From Candidatus Iainarchaeum sp. (lineage in GTDB: Archaea; Iainarchaeota; Iainarchaeia; Iainarchaeales; JAZDEL01): a stretch of 32,000 nucleotides of DNA. This document shows positions 23,826 to 32,000 of the stretch, piece by piece. The DNA is taken from NCBI GenBank assembly GCA_043808785.1, contig JAZDEL010000002.1:120001-152000 (forward strand), given 5' to 3'. Made by a program: the position numbers and the translations under genes. The notes below the pieces were generated by a model. It was not told the DNA's origin, did not search any database, and saw nothing but the letters and a program-made list of their open reading frames with translations. Every line of letters starts with the position of its first letter. The first letter of the stretch is position 1.

Positions 23826-25106
23826 TCATTCGCCCTTCATCAATTCTCGCAGAACCGTGGTTGCGTAGTTTCCTTTGGTTAGCCCGAATGAGACAGTTGC
23901 CTTGAGTTTTCCCCCGTTCAGTTCGTCATCCCCGATTGCGAGCAGTTTCATATCCCGCGGCACGAGGGCAATAGCCTTCTTCGCGCCCTTTGAACTTACC
24001 TCGGGCATCTCCTTTACCTTGAAATTTGCGAGCGTTATGCCCTCCTCCTCCAGCACCATCCTTTCGATTTTTCCAGTGCGCCCCTCGGAAAATATGGTTT
24101 CAAACCCGAACAGCGGAGCTGTGGGTACGCCATCAACCAAAACATCTTCACCCATCTTCGCAAGCCCTATCCCGCCTTCGATCCTCTTGTTTATGACCTT
24201 GTTGAAAAGGTATGATTGGTATGCGTGCGTGAAGAGGTAGCAAAGCGCCCTCGGCAGTTTCCTGAATGCGCCTGCGAAATCGTGCGGGCATCTGCAGAGG
24301 TGGTGTATTATCGCCCTTTCGTACCTGTATTTCACCGGGAATTTTTTGCTCGCCTCGGAAAAATTGCGCGTTTTCGCGAGTTCCATCCTTGCCTGCTTTA
24401 TTTCATCTTCCTCCCCCGGGGCAATTGCGGTGAGGTAAAGCATTACCCCGTCCTCTATATTGCCCTTCACAAACTCCTTTCCCACGAGGTGCGTTATCGC
24501 GCGTATCCCCCCGAACCTCTGCTCCCCGAAATAATTGGCGATGCCATTTTCCATTTCGAGGAAGCATTCCTTAATCCTGCGTTCGCACTCCTTTTTGTCG
24601 GCCCCTATATCCCTTATAGTTATTTCAAATTCATTTCCCAGCAGGCCGCCGATTTCAATGCGTTCATCTTTCCACTCGGGATCGCGCAGGCAAATATAGC
24701 GCGATTTGAAACTTTTCACGAGTTCGTAATCTGGTTTCCAGAGCGAAATTTTCTGGGAGGTTATCGCGCGCTTGTCCTTCATTCCCGCATAGCCCAGGCG
24801 CTTCTTGCTGGTGCGCAGCACCCGCGTTATTGTCCTTATGGCATCATTTACATCAAGGTTGAATTTCTCCATTGTGAGTATTAGCTGCTCGCCCTGCCCG
24901 CGGGGCATGCCCCCGGGCTGTTCAGGCCACCGCACTTCGCACTCGATTTTATCGGAATCGGAAAAGCACTTTATTCCGCACACTTCCCCCTGCGGGGTTA
25001 TCTCCCTTACCCTGAAATCAGAAATCCTTCTCTTTATGGTTCCCCCGATGCCGGGGGTTTTTGTTGAGAAGTGCTCAATTCCTGCAAGAGACAAAAACCA
25101 CACCAA
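23826..25106 (-). CDS. truD: tRNA pseudouridine(13) synthase TruD (Pus7-like)
   Basis: Has the N-terminal GIGGTIKRRISDFRVREI and the catalytic YAGMKDKRAITSQ motif. No ATG is available, so the start is one of TTG 25106, GTG 25103 or TTG 25094. Confidence 0.85.
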   Translation of the reverse strand: MVWFLSLAGIEHFSTKTPGIGGTIKRRISDFRVREITPQGEVCGIKCFSDSDKIECEVRWPEQPGGMPRGQGEQLILTMEKFNLDVNDAIRTITRVLRTSKKRLGYAGMKDKRAITSQKISLWKPDYELVKSFKSRYICLRDPEWKDERIEIGGLLGNEFEITIRDIGADKKECERRIKECFLEMENGIANYFGEQRFGGIRAITHLVGKEFVKGNIEDGVMLYLTAIAPGEEDEIKQARMELAKTRNFSEASKKFPVKYRYERAIIHHLCRCPHDFAGAFRKLPRALCYLFTHAYQSYLFNKVINKRIEGGIGLAKMGEDVLVDGVPTAPLFGFETIFSEGRTGKIERMVLEEEGITLANFKVKEMPEVSSKGAKKAIALVPRDMKLLAIGDDELNGGKLKATVSFGLTKGNYATTVLRELMKGE

Positions 25107-25110
25107 CCCG

Positions 25111-25132
25111 AATAACCCGAATTCGGGTTATT
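25111..25132. other. perfect 22-nt palindrome AATAACCCGAATTCGGGTTATT between aRF1 stop and truD start
   Basis: Read directly and identical on both strands. The preceding ACCCGAAT is repeated directly. On the + strand it is followed by TTTTGTTTTATTTAT, and on the coding (-) strand a T5 run follows 13 nt later. Confidence 0.8.
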
Positions 25133-25139
25133 TTTTGTT

Positions 25140-26384
25140 TTATTTATACCTCAGCATCGCGCCTATTCCCCCGAAGGTTGTGAGGAACTGCTCGCCCTCG
25201 GGCGTTTCGGTCGAGATTACCTTAAGTTCCGCATTTATGTTCCGCGCCTTCTCAAGCATCCAGTCTATGTAATCGACCTCTTCCATTAGTTCGAGCTCGT
25301 GCCCGCACTTCCCGCACTTTTCCGAGTTCGGGTTATAATTAAGCGGCTGTTTCACGATCTTCTCGAATGTTGTTTCGCAGGAATTGCAGCTGAACTTATA
25401 CACAATCCACTCGATTCCCTCGGAAAGCAAAAGCACGCTCACCTTCCCCACTGCAAGCGCATCCATGACCTGCGTTTCCCCGTATGTGGCAAGGTTGTCC
25501 TTTGCCACTTCCTCCATGAACTTGTTTATTGTCACGCGCTCCTTCATCATGTCCGTGTCCTTAAGGAGTTCCTCCGAGCGCTGCACAATCTCCCTTATTC
25601 CCGATTCATCGGTGTATGATGTGTCGATTTGCCCTATGATTTTCCCCCTGAGCCTGTGGTCTATCAGCCCGCGGTTCAGGAAGTAGTTCTTCGTTATCCC
25701 CGGCCCCCCCACAATAATGCCCTTCAGCTTTTCCCCCTGCGGAAGGAATGCGGTGTTTATTTTCTCGCTGACCTTTTTGTAGAACTCCTGCGCAGCTTCC
25801 TCGCGCAGGTGTTCAAACCTTTTTGCGCTCTGTCCCCCTGCCCTGCTCTTTCCGGCAACCTGGCTCGTGAAATGCCCGATTACCTCGTACTTCTTCCCCA
25901 TGAGAAGCGCGATTGTCGCCTCGTTCTTGTCTATTGTTATGAGAGCATATGCCTCGCTGGGCAGCATCATCTCTTTCAGGGGGGCAAGGTGAAATTTATC
26001 GTCGCACCAGTAAAGCTTTGTCTTGAGGTTTTTCACGGGCCTTACAGTGAAAAGCCTTATGTCGCCCCTGCCTTCCTGCTCGGAAACATTTCCCGCGAAA
26101 ACAACCAAGCCGCGCGGAGGTATTTTGAAGTCTATTTGTTTCAGAAACCCTATTATCTTCCTCAGCGCACCCTGCACGTTCTTGCGCGTTGACGGGCTTT
26201 TTATGTTCCCGCTCTGCGAAACCTCGGTGCTTAACTGCCCCATAACATTCCCGCGGTCCGCGTCTTCCGGAATGTACTGGCTTATGAGTTCAGTGCCCCT
26301 GCCCTTGTGCTTCTCGAGCTTCGCCAGCTTTTTCCTGAAAACGGCAAGCTCCGCTGCGGAAACCTCTTCTATATGCGGTTTCAT
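25140..26384 (-). CDS. prf1: peptide chain release factor aRF1
   Basis: ATG at 26384 (MKPHIEEVSAAELAVFRKKLAKLEKHKGRGTELISQYIP). It has the NIKS motif (SGNIKSPSTRKN), the GGQ motif (RAGGQSAKRF), and a C-domain Zn-ribbon insert (CNSC...CGKCG). The 34 upstream codons in the ORF track are leader sequence. Confidence 0.9.
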   Translation of the reverse strand: MKPHIEEVSAAELAVFRKKLAKLEKHKGRGTELISQYIPEDADRGNVMGQLSTEVSQSGNIKSPSTRKNVQGALRKIIGFLKQIDFKIPPRGLVVFAGNVSEQEGRGDIRLFTVRPVKNLKTKLYWCDDKFHLAPLKEMMLPSEAYALITIDKNEATIALLMGKKYEVIGHFTSQVAGKSRAGGQSAKRFEHLREEAAQEFYKKVSEKINTAFLPQGEKLKGIIVGGPGITKNYFLNRGLIDHRLRGKIIGQIDTSYTDESGIREIVQRSEELLKDTDMMKERVTINKFMEEVAKDNLATYGETQVMDALAVGKVSVLLLSEGIEWIVYKFSCNSCETTFEKIVKQPLNYNPNSEKCGKCGHELELMEEVDYIDWMLEKARNINAELKVISTETPEGEQFLTTFGGIGAMLRYK

Positions 26385-26501
26385 CAAATCACCAAATGCT
26401 TTTAATCGCCAAACGCTGCCGGTTACCGAACGTTGCCAAATTCGCCGAATTAACCCGGCGCCATCAAACCAGTGTGTGCAAATCACCGAATGCTTATTAA
26501 T
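26385..26501 (-). repeat. duplicated aRF1 translation-initiation leader (two 22/23-nt copies about 94 nt apart)
   Basis: On the + strand, 26385-26406 is CAATCACC-type copy CAAATCACCAAATGCTTTTAAT and 26479-26501 is CAAATCACCGAATGCTTATTAAT. On the coding strand copy 1 reads ATTAAAAGCATTTGGTGATTTG followed directly by the aRF1 ATG. Copy 2 has the same SD-like GGTGAT but no ATG. Confidence 0.85.
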
Positions 26502-26587
26502 TCTAATACTATAACCATTTTATAGTTGTGGTTTTCAGCCGGCGGTTTTTTGCCGCGCGGCTGTGCGTTCTTGCGGGCGGTTTGGGC

Positions 26588-27310
26588 ATGCAAAAAAAGA
26601 AGGTTTTCGTGGTTTCAGTGGGGGGTTCCCTTGTCTGCGGATTCAAGCCCAATGCCGAAAAAATGAAAAAAATCGCCTCCTCGATAAGCAAACTCTCGCG
26701 CGCTGGGTTCGGTTTTGCAATTGTTGTCGGGGGAGGGAAAGTTGCGCGCGCCTATGTTAATGCAGCGCGCTCCCTCGGCTCGGAAAACAGGGAACTGGAC
26801 ATGCTCGGGATTTCGATAACCCGCGCAAATGCGATGCTTTTTATACAGGCACTCAGGAAAACGCACCAGCATGCGGAAAGCGGCGTTCACCAGCAGGTTC
26901 TCACAGAGCCCCTGCAGGTGCACAGCGTCATAGACAGCGGAAAAATAGCGGTTTTCGGGGGAATAAAGCCGGGCATCACAACCGACGGGGTCGGCGCCCT
27001 TGTCGCGGAGCAATTGGGGCGGGGCACTGCTTTCATAAACCTTACAAATGTTGACGGCGTTTACACAGCGGACCCGCGCAGGGAGAAGGGCGCGAAACTC
27101 ATCAAAAGCCTCGGCTACGACGAACTAATCCGCATCGTCAGTTCCTCTGCCGAGCACAAGCCTGGCCAGAACTTCGTTCTTGACCTGCCGTGCTGCCAAA
27201 CCCTCAAGCGCGCGAAAATCCGCGCAATGGTGCTGAACGGCAACAAGCTTGCGAATTTCGAAAGCGCAGTCCGAGGGGAAAAGTTCAGGGGAACGGTAAT
27301 TGAAGGCTGA
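26588..27310 (+). CDS. pyrH: UMP kinase, archaeal type
   Basis: ATG at 26588 (MQKKKVFVVSVGGSLV...). It has the amino-acid-kinase fold motifs VVGGGKVAR and GGIKPGITTDGVGALVAE and is 240 aa. Confidence 0.85.
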   Translation: MQKKKVFVVSVGGSLVCGFKPNAEKMKKIASSISKLSRAGFGFAIVVGGGKVARAYVNAARSLGSENRELDMLGISITRANAMLFIQALRKTHQHAESGVHQQVLTEPLQVHSVIDSGKIAVFGGIKPGITTDGVGALVAEQLGRGTAFINLTNVDGVYTADPRREKGAKLIKSLGYDELIRIVSSSAEHKPGQNFVLDLPCCQTLKRAKIRAMVLNGNKLANFESAVRGEKFRGTVIEG

Positions 27311-27325
27311 TTCCTGTTTTTTGCT

Positions 27326-28348
27326 TCAGCCCAGCGCATCAAATGCGTAATCCCCCGCCTTCCTCTTGCCAAGCAGTATTTCAAGTTCCCGCACAGTGAG
27401 CACAGGCTTCTTCCAGTGCAGCCCGTCCTCCGGCGCTATGCGCGGGCAGGCGGTGCTTACGAAGCAATCAATCCCCATCCCCGTGAAATATTCCTCGCGC
27501 ACGAAGGAGGAGGCAAGCAGCACAGCCTCCCTGCCCTTTGCCTCTATAATGCGCTTCGCCCTCATCGCTTCCCCCTCCCTCATCTGCCCTTTCTTCGTGC
27601 CCATAATTATCCCGAACACCTTCGCGTCCTTTGCGCGCGCTATTGCGCCGAAGCGCCGCCTTATGAATTTTTCCCGCTCCGCAGCGGAATCAAAAACCAA
27701 AACCGAAACAGGGTTCGTTTTCGGGTTAGCCATGATTATCGGTTTTTTTGTGCAGTAAGAAACCGCAATCGGGTGGAACATCCCATCCCCCGCGAAAACA
27801 ACCGCATCCGCCTTTTTTTCCACGGCGCGCACGGAGGAGCAGTCGCAGCCCAAAACCTGCCCCTCCTCCGCAATCCTCGCACCGCCCTTTCCTATAAATG
27901 CGGTTACGCCCATTTTTTCGAGTTCTTTTTTGAGCGCGGGCAGGAACTGCGCGTACTGTATTGTGGAGCACAACCCCGCTTTTTTGAACCCTGTTTTTTT
28001 TATTTTCTCCGCGGTTTCCTGCGCCGCCTTTGCGCCTATTTCATAATGCAGCGGGACAAAAACAGTAAGCACGCCTGTTTTAAGGTTAGGTATTTTCGCG
28101 TGCCCTATATGCAGAACCAAATCCGCGCCGAGGGCTTTTGCAGCATCATCAGCAATGTCGCACGCGCCGTAGCAGGGCTCTGCCGAGAGCACTGTTGCAG
28201 CGCCAGTTCCGCGCTCAATCATGCGCGCAATTTCAGTGCCCTTTCCCTTCAGCCCCTCGGGCAGCTGGACAAGCACAATTTTCGCGCGCATCTTCCTTAT
28301 TTCCCGCAGCGCGTTTTCGAGTTCAAAATCAGCATGCAAATGAAGCAC
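27326..28348 (-). CDS. dph2: diphthamide biosynthesis enzyme Dph2 (2-(3-amino-3-carboxypropyl)histidine synthase)
   Basis: Shows LVQLPEGLK, EPCYGACD, and three-domain Dph2 architecture with conserved Cys residues. The GTG start lies 5 nt downstream of the ppsA stop, so the two are probably co-transcribed. Confidence 0.8.
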   Translation of the reverse strand: MLHLHADFELENALREIRKMRAKIVLVQLPEGLKGKGTEIARMIERGTGAATVLSAEPCYGACDIADDAAKALGADLVLHIGHAKIPNLKTGVLTVFVPLHYEIGAKAAQETAEKIKKTGFKKAGLCSTIQYAQFLPALKKELEKMGVTAFIGKGGARIAEEGQVLGCDCSSVRAVEKKADAVVFAGDGMFHPIAVSYCTKKPIIMANPKTNPVSVLVFDSAAEREKFIRRRFGAIARAKDAKVFGIIMGTKKGQMREGEAMRAKRIIEAKGREAVLLASSFVREEYFTGMGIDCFVSTACPRIAPEDGLHWKKPVLTVRELEILLGKRKAGDYAFDALG

Positions 28349-28352
28349 ACCT

Positions 28353-31004
28353 TCACCCTACGCCCTGCGGCCAGATTTCCCCTTCCACAGGCGGGCTCTC
28401 CGCCCCGCCTTCCGGCGCAGCCCAGCCCGCCTCTTCTGGTGCGGAATGGATTTCCTCTTCCTCGCCCCCGCTTTGGGCAGCCTCCGCGGATTCCCCGCCC
28501 TGCGTTCCTGCAGCGGGCGCCTCCGCAATGCGCTCGAGCAGGACCTCAAGGCCTTCCATAACAACGGCCTTCCTCATCTTCGCAACTGCATCAATGTTCG
28601 CGCTAACCGAACTTATGCCGAAGCGCACAAGCAGCCTCACCATGTCCTTGTTGCTCCCCGCCTGGCCGCATATGCTTGTTTCAACGCCCCGCTCCCTGCA
28701 TTTCACAATCACATACTGCAATTGCCTTAATATCGCGGGGTGAAGCTCGGTAAACCATTTTTGTATCCTCTCGTTGTTCCTGTCTATCCCGAGCGTTAAC
28801 TGGGTCAAATCGTTCGTTCCGAAAGACGCGAAGTCAATGCCTTCGGCAAGCATCTCGTCTATGCTCCACACAGCTGCGGGGGTTTCAACCATAATCCCGA
28901 ACTGAACCCCGCCTGCCCCTGGCTTAAGCCCGCACTCCCCCGCAATCTTCTTCGCAATGCGCAGTTCCTCTGCGCTCTGCACGAAGGGCAGCATAACTCC
29001 GACATTGTCATAGCCCTCATCAACAAGCTCCCTTATTGCGCAGAACTGCGCCCTCAGCATTTCAGGCTCGTCCAAATCCCTCCTTATGCCGTGCCAGCCC
29101 AGCATGGGGTTGTCTTCCTTCGGCTCCTTCCCCCCGCCCTCCATATTCCTGAATTCATCCGTGCGCGCATCGAATGTCCTGTACCAGACAGGCTTTCCGC
29201 TGAAAAGCCCTGCAACTTTCCCGACGCCAGCCTTTGCAACCTTAACCAATTCAGCGCCTTCCCCGCGCCTTATGAATTCAGCGGGATGTTTCCCCGAGGA
29301 CGTAATCATATGCTCCGCCCTGAGTAAGCCGACACCGTCCGCGCCTGTTTTTGATGCGTTTTCCGCGGCATCCGTGAGCGCTACATTGACCTTTACCTTC
29401 GGGCACACCGAGTGCAAAACTCCCGCAATGCGCGCAACAGCCTCCTCGTTCCCCTTCGCCCCGCGCTTTCCCTCGCTGTTGAGTTCCGCTGCAAGTTCCT
29501 TTGCCTCGCCGAAAGAATCCCCGAGCAAATCCGTTGCATTCCCCGCCTTCACGATTACCGCGAGCTTTGATGCCATTTCATCAAGTTCCGCATCCGTAAC
29601 AGCAGGCCCCGCCTTCTTCGCTTTCGCGTCTAACTTTGCCGCGCCCTCGTAAACCTTCCCCTCGTAACCATCAACTGTAATTTCCTGCCCGTCCCTGATT
29701 ATTGCGGTTGCGTTCACAGTTCCCACGATGCAGGGTATGCCGAGCTCCCTGCTTACAATTGCCGCGTGGCAGGTCGTTCCCCCCTCATCGGTTATAATCG
29801 CTATGCTCTTCTCCATTGCAGGAACCCAGTCGGGGCTTGTCATTTTTGTCACGATTATGTCGCCCTTCTCGACCCTCCCTATCTCCCCCACGTAAGGGAT
29901 TACCCTTGCCTTTCCCGCGGCAACTCCCGGCGATGCGGAGAGGCCGTGAATAAGTTCCCTTGCCCCTCCCTTGACTGCCGCGGCCCTCTTCGCTCCGCGC
30001 TCCTTTTCCTTCTCCTTCATTCCCTTTATTGTTGTTATGGCCCTTGCCTGCACTATGTAGGTTTTCTTAGCCTCGACAGCCCACTCTATATCCTGCGGGG
30101 AGCCATAATGTTGCTCTATCCTCCTCCCTATTTCCGCAAGCTTCACTATTTCCTCGTCCGAAATTTTCTGCAGGCTCCTTTTCTTTTGAGGCACATCCGC
30201 CTTCTTGCTCCCCCTTCCCGCCCTTTCAAGCATCCACTCCTGCTCGCTCATTTTCTTCTGCGCTATTGCGAGGGTTTTTTTGTCAACCCTGTATGTGTCG
30301 GGCGTTACCGCGCCCGAAACAACAACCTCCCCAAGGCCGTAAGCAGCCTCTATAACAATAACATCATCCTCCCCGCTTGCGGGATCCGCGGTGAACATCA
30401 CCCCTGCGGTTTCGCTGTTAACCATTTTCTGCACAACGACGGCAATTCCGACCTGGCTTGTTTCGAAGCCCTGCCTTTTCCTGTAATATGTGGCCCTTGC
30501 AGTGAAAAGCGATGCCCAGCACATTTTGACTTTCTCAACAAGGTCCTTTCCGCCGAGCACATTCAGGTATGTTTCCTGCTGTCCCGCGAACGAGGCGCTT
30601 GGCAGGTCCTCCGCTGTTGCTGATGAGCGCACAGCAACATATTCGTCCTCGCTGCTTGTAAGCCCCAGCCCCAGCCTGCGCGAGCACATCTTTGCATATG
30701 CCTTCCTTATTTCAATATCCAGCGCCTCGGGCATTTTTGAGGCGAGAATAAGCTGCCTTATTTTTTCGGTTGTGCCGTTAAGTTGTTCCGTGTTTTCAAC
30801 GTCTATCGCACCTATTTCCTTGTTTATAGTGTCCCTTATATTCGCCTCGTCAAGGAACGAAAAATAGGCCTGCGATGTGACTATGAACGCGGGCGGCACT
30901 GGAAAGCCCGCATTGACAAGCTCGCCGAGGTTTGCTCCCTTTCCCCCGACAATGCCCACATCGCCCTTGCGTATTTCTTCCAGCCAGGCAATATCCTTCT
31001 TCAT
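28353..31004 (-). CDS. ppsA: phosphoenolpyruvate synthase (pyruvate, water dikinase)
   Basis: ATG at 31004 (MKKDIAWLEEIRKGDVGIVGGKGANLGEL) about 30 nt after a TATAAATATA box. It has the phospho-His region GGTTCHAAIVSRELGIPCIVG and the PEP-utiliser motif FGTNDLTQL. At 883 aa it is longer than I remember for typical PpsA, with an expanded inter-domain linker and an acidic/Pro-rich C-terminal tail. Confidence 0.9.
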   Translation of the reverse strand: MKKDIAWLEEIRKGDVGIVGGKGANLGELVNAGFPVPPAFIVTSQAYFSFLDEANIRDTINKEIGAIDVENTEQLNGTTEKIRQLILASKMPEALDIEIRKAYAKMCSRRLGLGLTSSEDEYVAVRSSATAEDLPSASFAGQQETYLNVLGGKDLVEKVKMCWASLFTARATYYRKRQGFETSQVGIAVVVQKMVNSETAGVMFTADPASGEDDVIVIEAAYGLGEVVVSGAVTPDTYRVDKKTLAIAQKKMSEQEWMLERAGRGSKKADVPQKKRSLQKISDEEIVKLAEIGRRIEQHYGSPQDIEWAVEAKKTYIVQARAITTIKGMKEKEKERGAKRAAAVKGGARELIHGLSASPGVAAGKARVIPYVGEIGRVEKGDIIVTKMTSPDWVPAMEKSIAIITDEGGTTCHAAIVSRELGIPCIVGTVNATAIIRDGQEITVDGYEGKVYEGAAKLDAKAKKAGPAVTDAELDEMASKLAVIVKAGNATDLLGDSFGEAKELAAELNSEGKRGAKGNEEAVARIAGVLHSVCPKVKVNVALTDAAENASKTGADGVGLLRAEHMITSSGKHPAEFIRRGEGAELVKVAKAGVGKVAGLFSGKPVWYRTFDARTDEFRNMEGGGKEPKEDNPMLGWHGIRRDLDEPEMLRAQFCAIRELVDEGYDNVGVMLPFVQSAEELRIAKKIAGECGLKPGAGGVQFGIMVETPAAVWSIDEMLAEGIDFASFGTNDLTQLTLGIDRNNERIQKWFTELHPAILRQLQYVIVKCRERGVETSICGQAGSNKDMVRLLVRFGISSVSANIDAVAKMRKAVVMEGLEVLLERIAEAPAAGTQGGESAEAAQSGGEEEEIHSAPEEAGWAAPEGGAESPPVEGEIWPQGVG

Positions 31005-31196
31005 TTGCACCGTATTATAAAAGTGCAACTATATTTATATGTTCTTGCCTGCCCCTGCCCGGCATAACCCGCTGCCGAACCCTGAAAACCGAAGAATTAG
31101 CGTTTGTTGTTTTTATTGCCGGCAAACCAAAAAACTGGCGTTTGTTTTTGTTTGTTTTGCCGTTTTGTTTAATTTCCCTTCTTGCCGCTGCGCTGC

Positions 31197-31964
31197 TTAC
31201 TTCTTCCCCTTTCCCGTGTCTTTCCCTTCGGGCTTCTTTCCTTTGTCCTCGCCCTTCTTTTCCTCGCCCTTGCCGCCCTTTCCCTCGGCCTTCGCGTCCT
31301 TGCCCTTCGCGGCATCGGCGCCTTCCTTGCCCTTGTCGGCCTCGCCCTTCGCCTCCGCGCCCTCTTTGCCTTCCCCTTCCTCCTCTTTCTTCTCTTCCTT
31401 CTCCTCGAGCTTGACCTTCCTCGGCAGGGTTCCTATGGACTTTATGTCCGTGCCGACGCGCACGCTAACCTTGCATGGCAGCCTTGCATTCGCGCGCAGG
31501 AGTATTTTCTTTGCGGCCTCGACATGCTCTTCAGCAACAAGCACGCTGAGTATTTTCAGCCCTTTCCTCGCCTGTATCGCCCTTCCTATAGGCCTGCCGA
31601 AAGGGTGAGACATCCCTTTCTGTATCCTGTCCGCATGCGCCCCCTGCGCCTGCTTGTTCTCGCGCAGCACGTGGTAAGGGTAAATCCTTATCTTCATGAA
31701 GAACGCGTCTTTCCCAAGCGCCTTTGTCAGGCCGCGGGTTACAAGTATCCTCACGCTCTCGATTGCGTTGTCCCTTATCTGCACAGCTTCCTCTACTTTG
31801 AGGTCAAGGATGTGCGTGTATTTCCCCAGGGGGTTGCCCATATTGAACTGCCTGGTTTTCATTCCCGGGGTTGCGCCTATGTAGTTCTTCCTCGGCACGA
31901 CATCCGCAAAGCGCGTGTATGCGCGCTTTATCCGCCTATAGCACTTTCCAGGCCTGAGACCCAT
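31197..31964 (-). CDS. rpl10e: 50S ribosomal protein L10e (uL16) with about 80-aa K/E/G-rich C-terminal extension
   Basis: ATG at 31964 (MGLRPGKCYRRIKRAYTRF...). The core aligns with L10e to about residue 175, and a low-complexity tail follows (EEKEEKKEEEGEGKEGAEAKGEADKGKEG...GKDTGKGKK). Confidence 0.85.
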   Translation of the reverse strand: MGLRPGKCYRRIKRAYTRFADVVPRKNYIGATPGMKTRQFNMGNPLGKYTHILDLKVEEAVQIRDNAIESVRILVTRGLTKALGKDAFFMKIRIYPYHVLRENKQAQGAHADRIQKGMSHPFGRPIGRAIQARKGLKILSVLVAEEHVEAAKKILLRANARLPCKVSVRVGTDIKSIGTLPRKVKLEEKEEKKEEEGEGKEGAEAKGEADKGKEGADAAKGKDAKAEGKGGKGEEKKGEDKGKKPEGKDTGKGKK

Positions 31965-32000
31965 AAAAAACACCGTGCAATGAACCGCTGTATGCCCGTT

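Overview
Archaeal chromosomal segment with about 30 protein genes. I saw no rRNA, tRNA, CRISPR array or transposase. Markers are aRF1, aIF2-alpha, PriS/PriL, Gins51, Dph2, S27e, L10e, EndoQ-like PHP nuclease, an S-layer protein, and TATA-like boxes about 25-33 nt upstream of many ATGs. All homology calls come from motifs read by eye; nothing was computed.

Layout:
- 1-10.9 kb: replication/translation neighbourhood. It holds two divergent PCNA paralogs, rpiB, PriL, a P2-type cation ATPase, PriS, Gins51, S27e, aIF2-alpha and a PAC2 chaperone. A visibly AT-richer pair of orphan genes (2166-3232) interrupts it.
- 10.9-12.1 kb: a second AT-rich islet with a small orphan ORF and a NYN/LabA-like RNase carrying a Zn-ribbon insert.
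- 12.1-17.5 kb: EndoQ-like nuclease, AmmeMemoRadiSam radical SAM enzyme, an unusual protein of about 10 NUMOD3 motifs plus a sigma-70 region-4-like HTH, a BofA-like membrane protein and a wHTH protein.
- 17.8-23.7 kb: cell-envelope cluster with a 995-aa S-layer protein (strong SD, palindromic TATA, twin GAAA-tetraloop terminators), an anchored orphan, a flippase-like protein and an AglH-like GlcNAc-1-P transferase.
- 23.8-32 kb: housekeeping genes truD, aRF1, pyrH, dph2, ppsA and L10e.

Most interesting observations:
- The nuclease-less NUMOD3 array with a sigma-r4-like HTH.
- A 39-codon upstream ORF made from a duplicated EndoQ start. It is coupled by TAATG and contains two stem-loops.
- The two low-GC orphan islets.
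- Short duplications of gene-boundary sequence at four loci: the S27e 3' end, the aRF1 leader, the EndoQ start and the orphan-pair promoter/start.

I cannot name one clearly defined new system with confidence. These are candidates that need database and structure searches.
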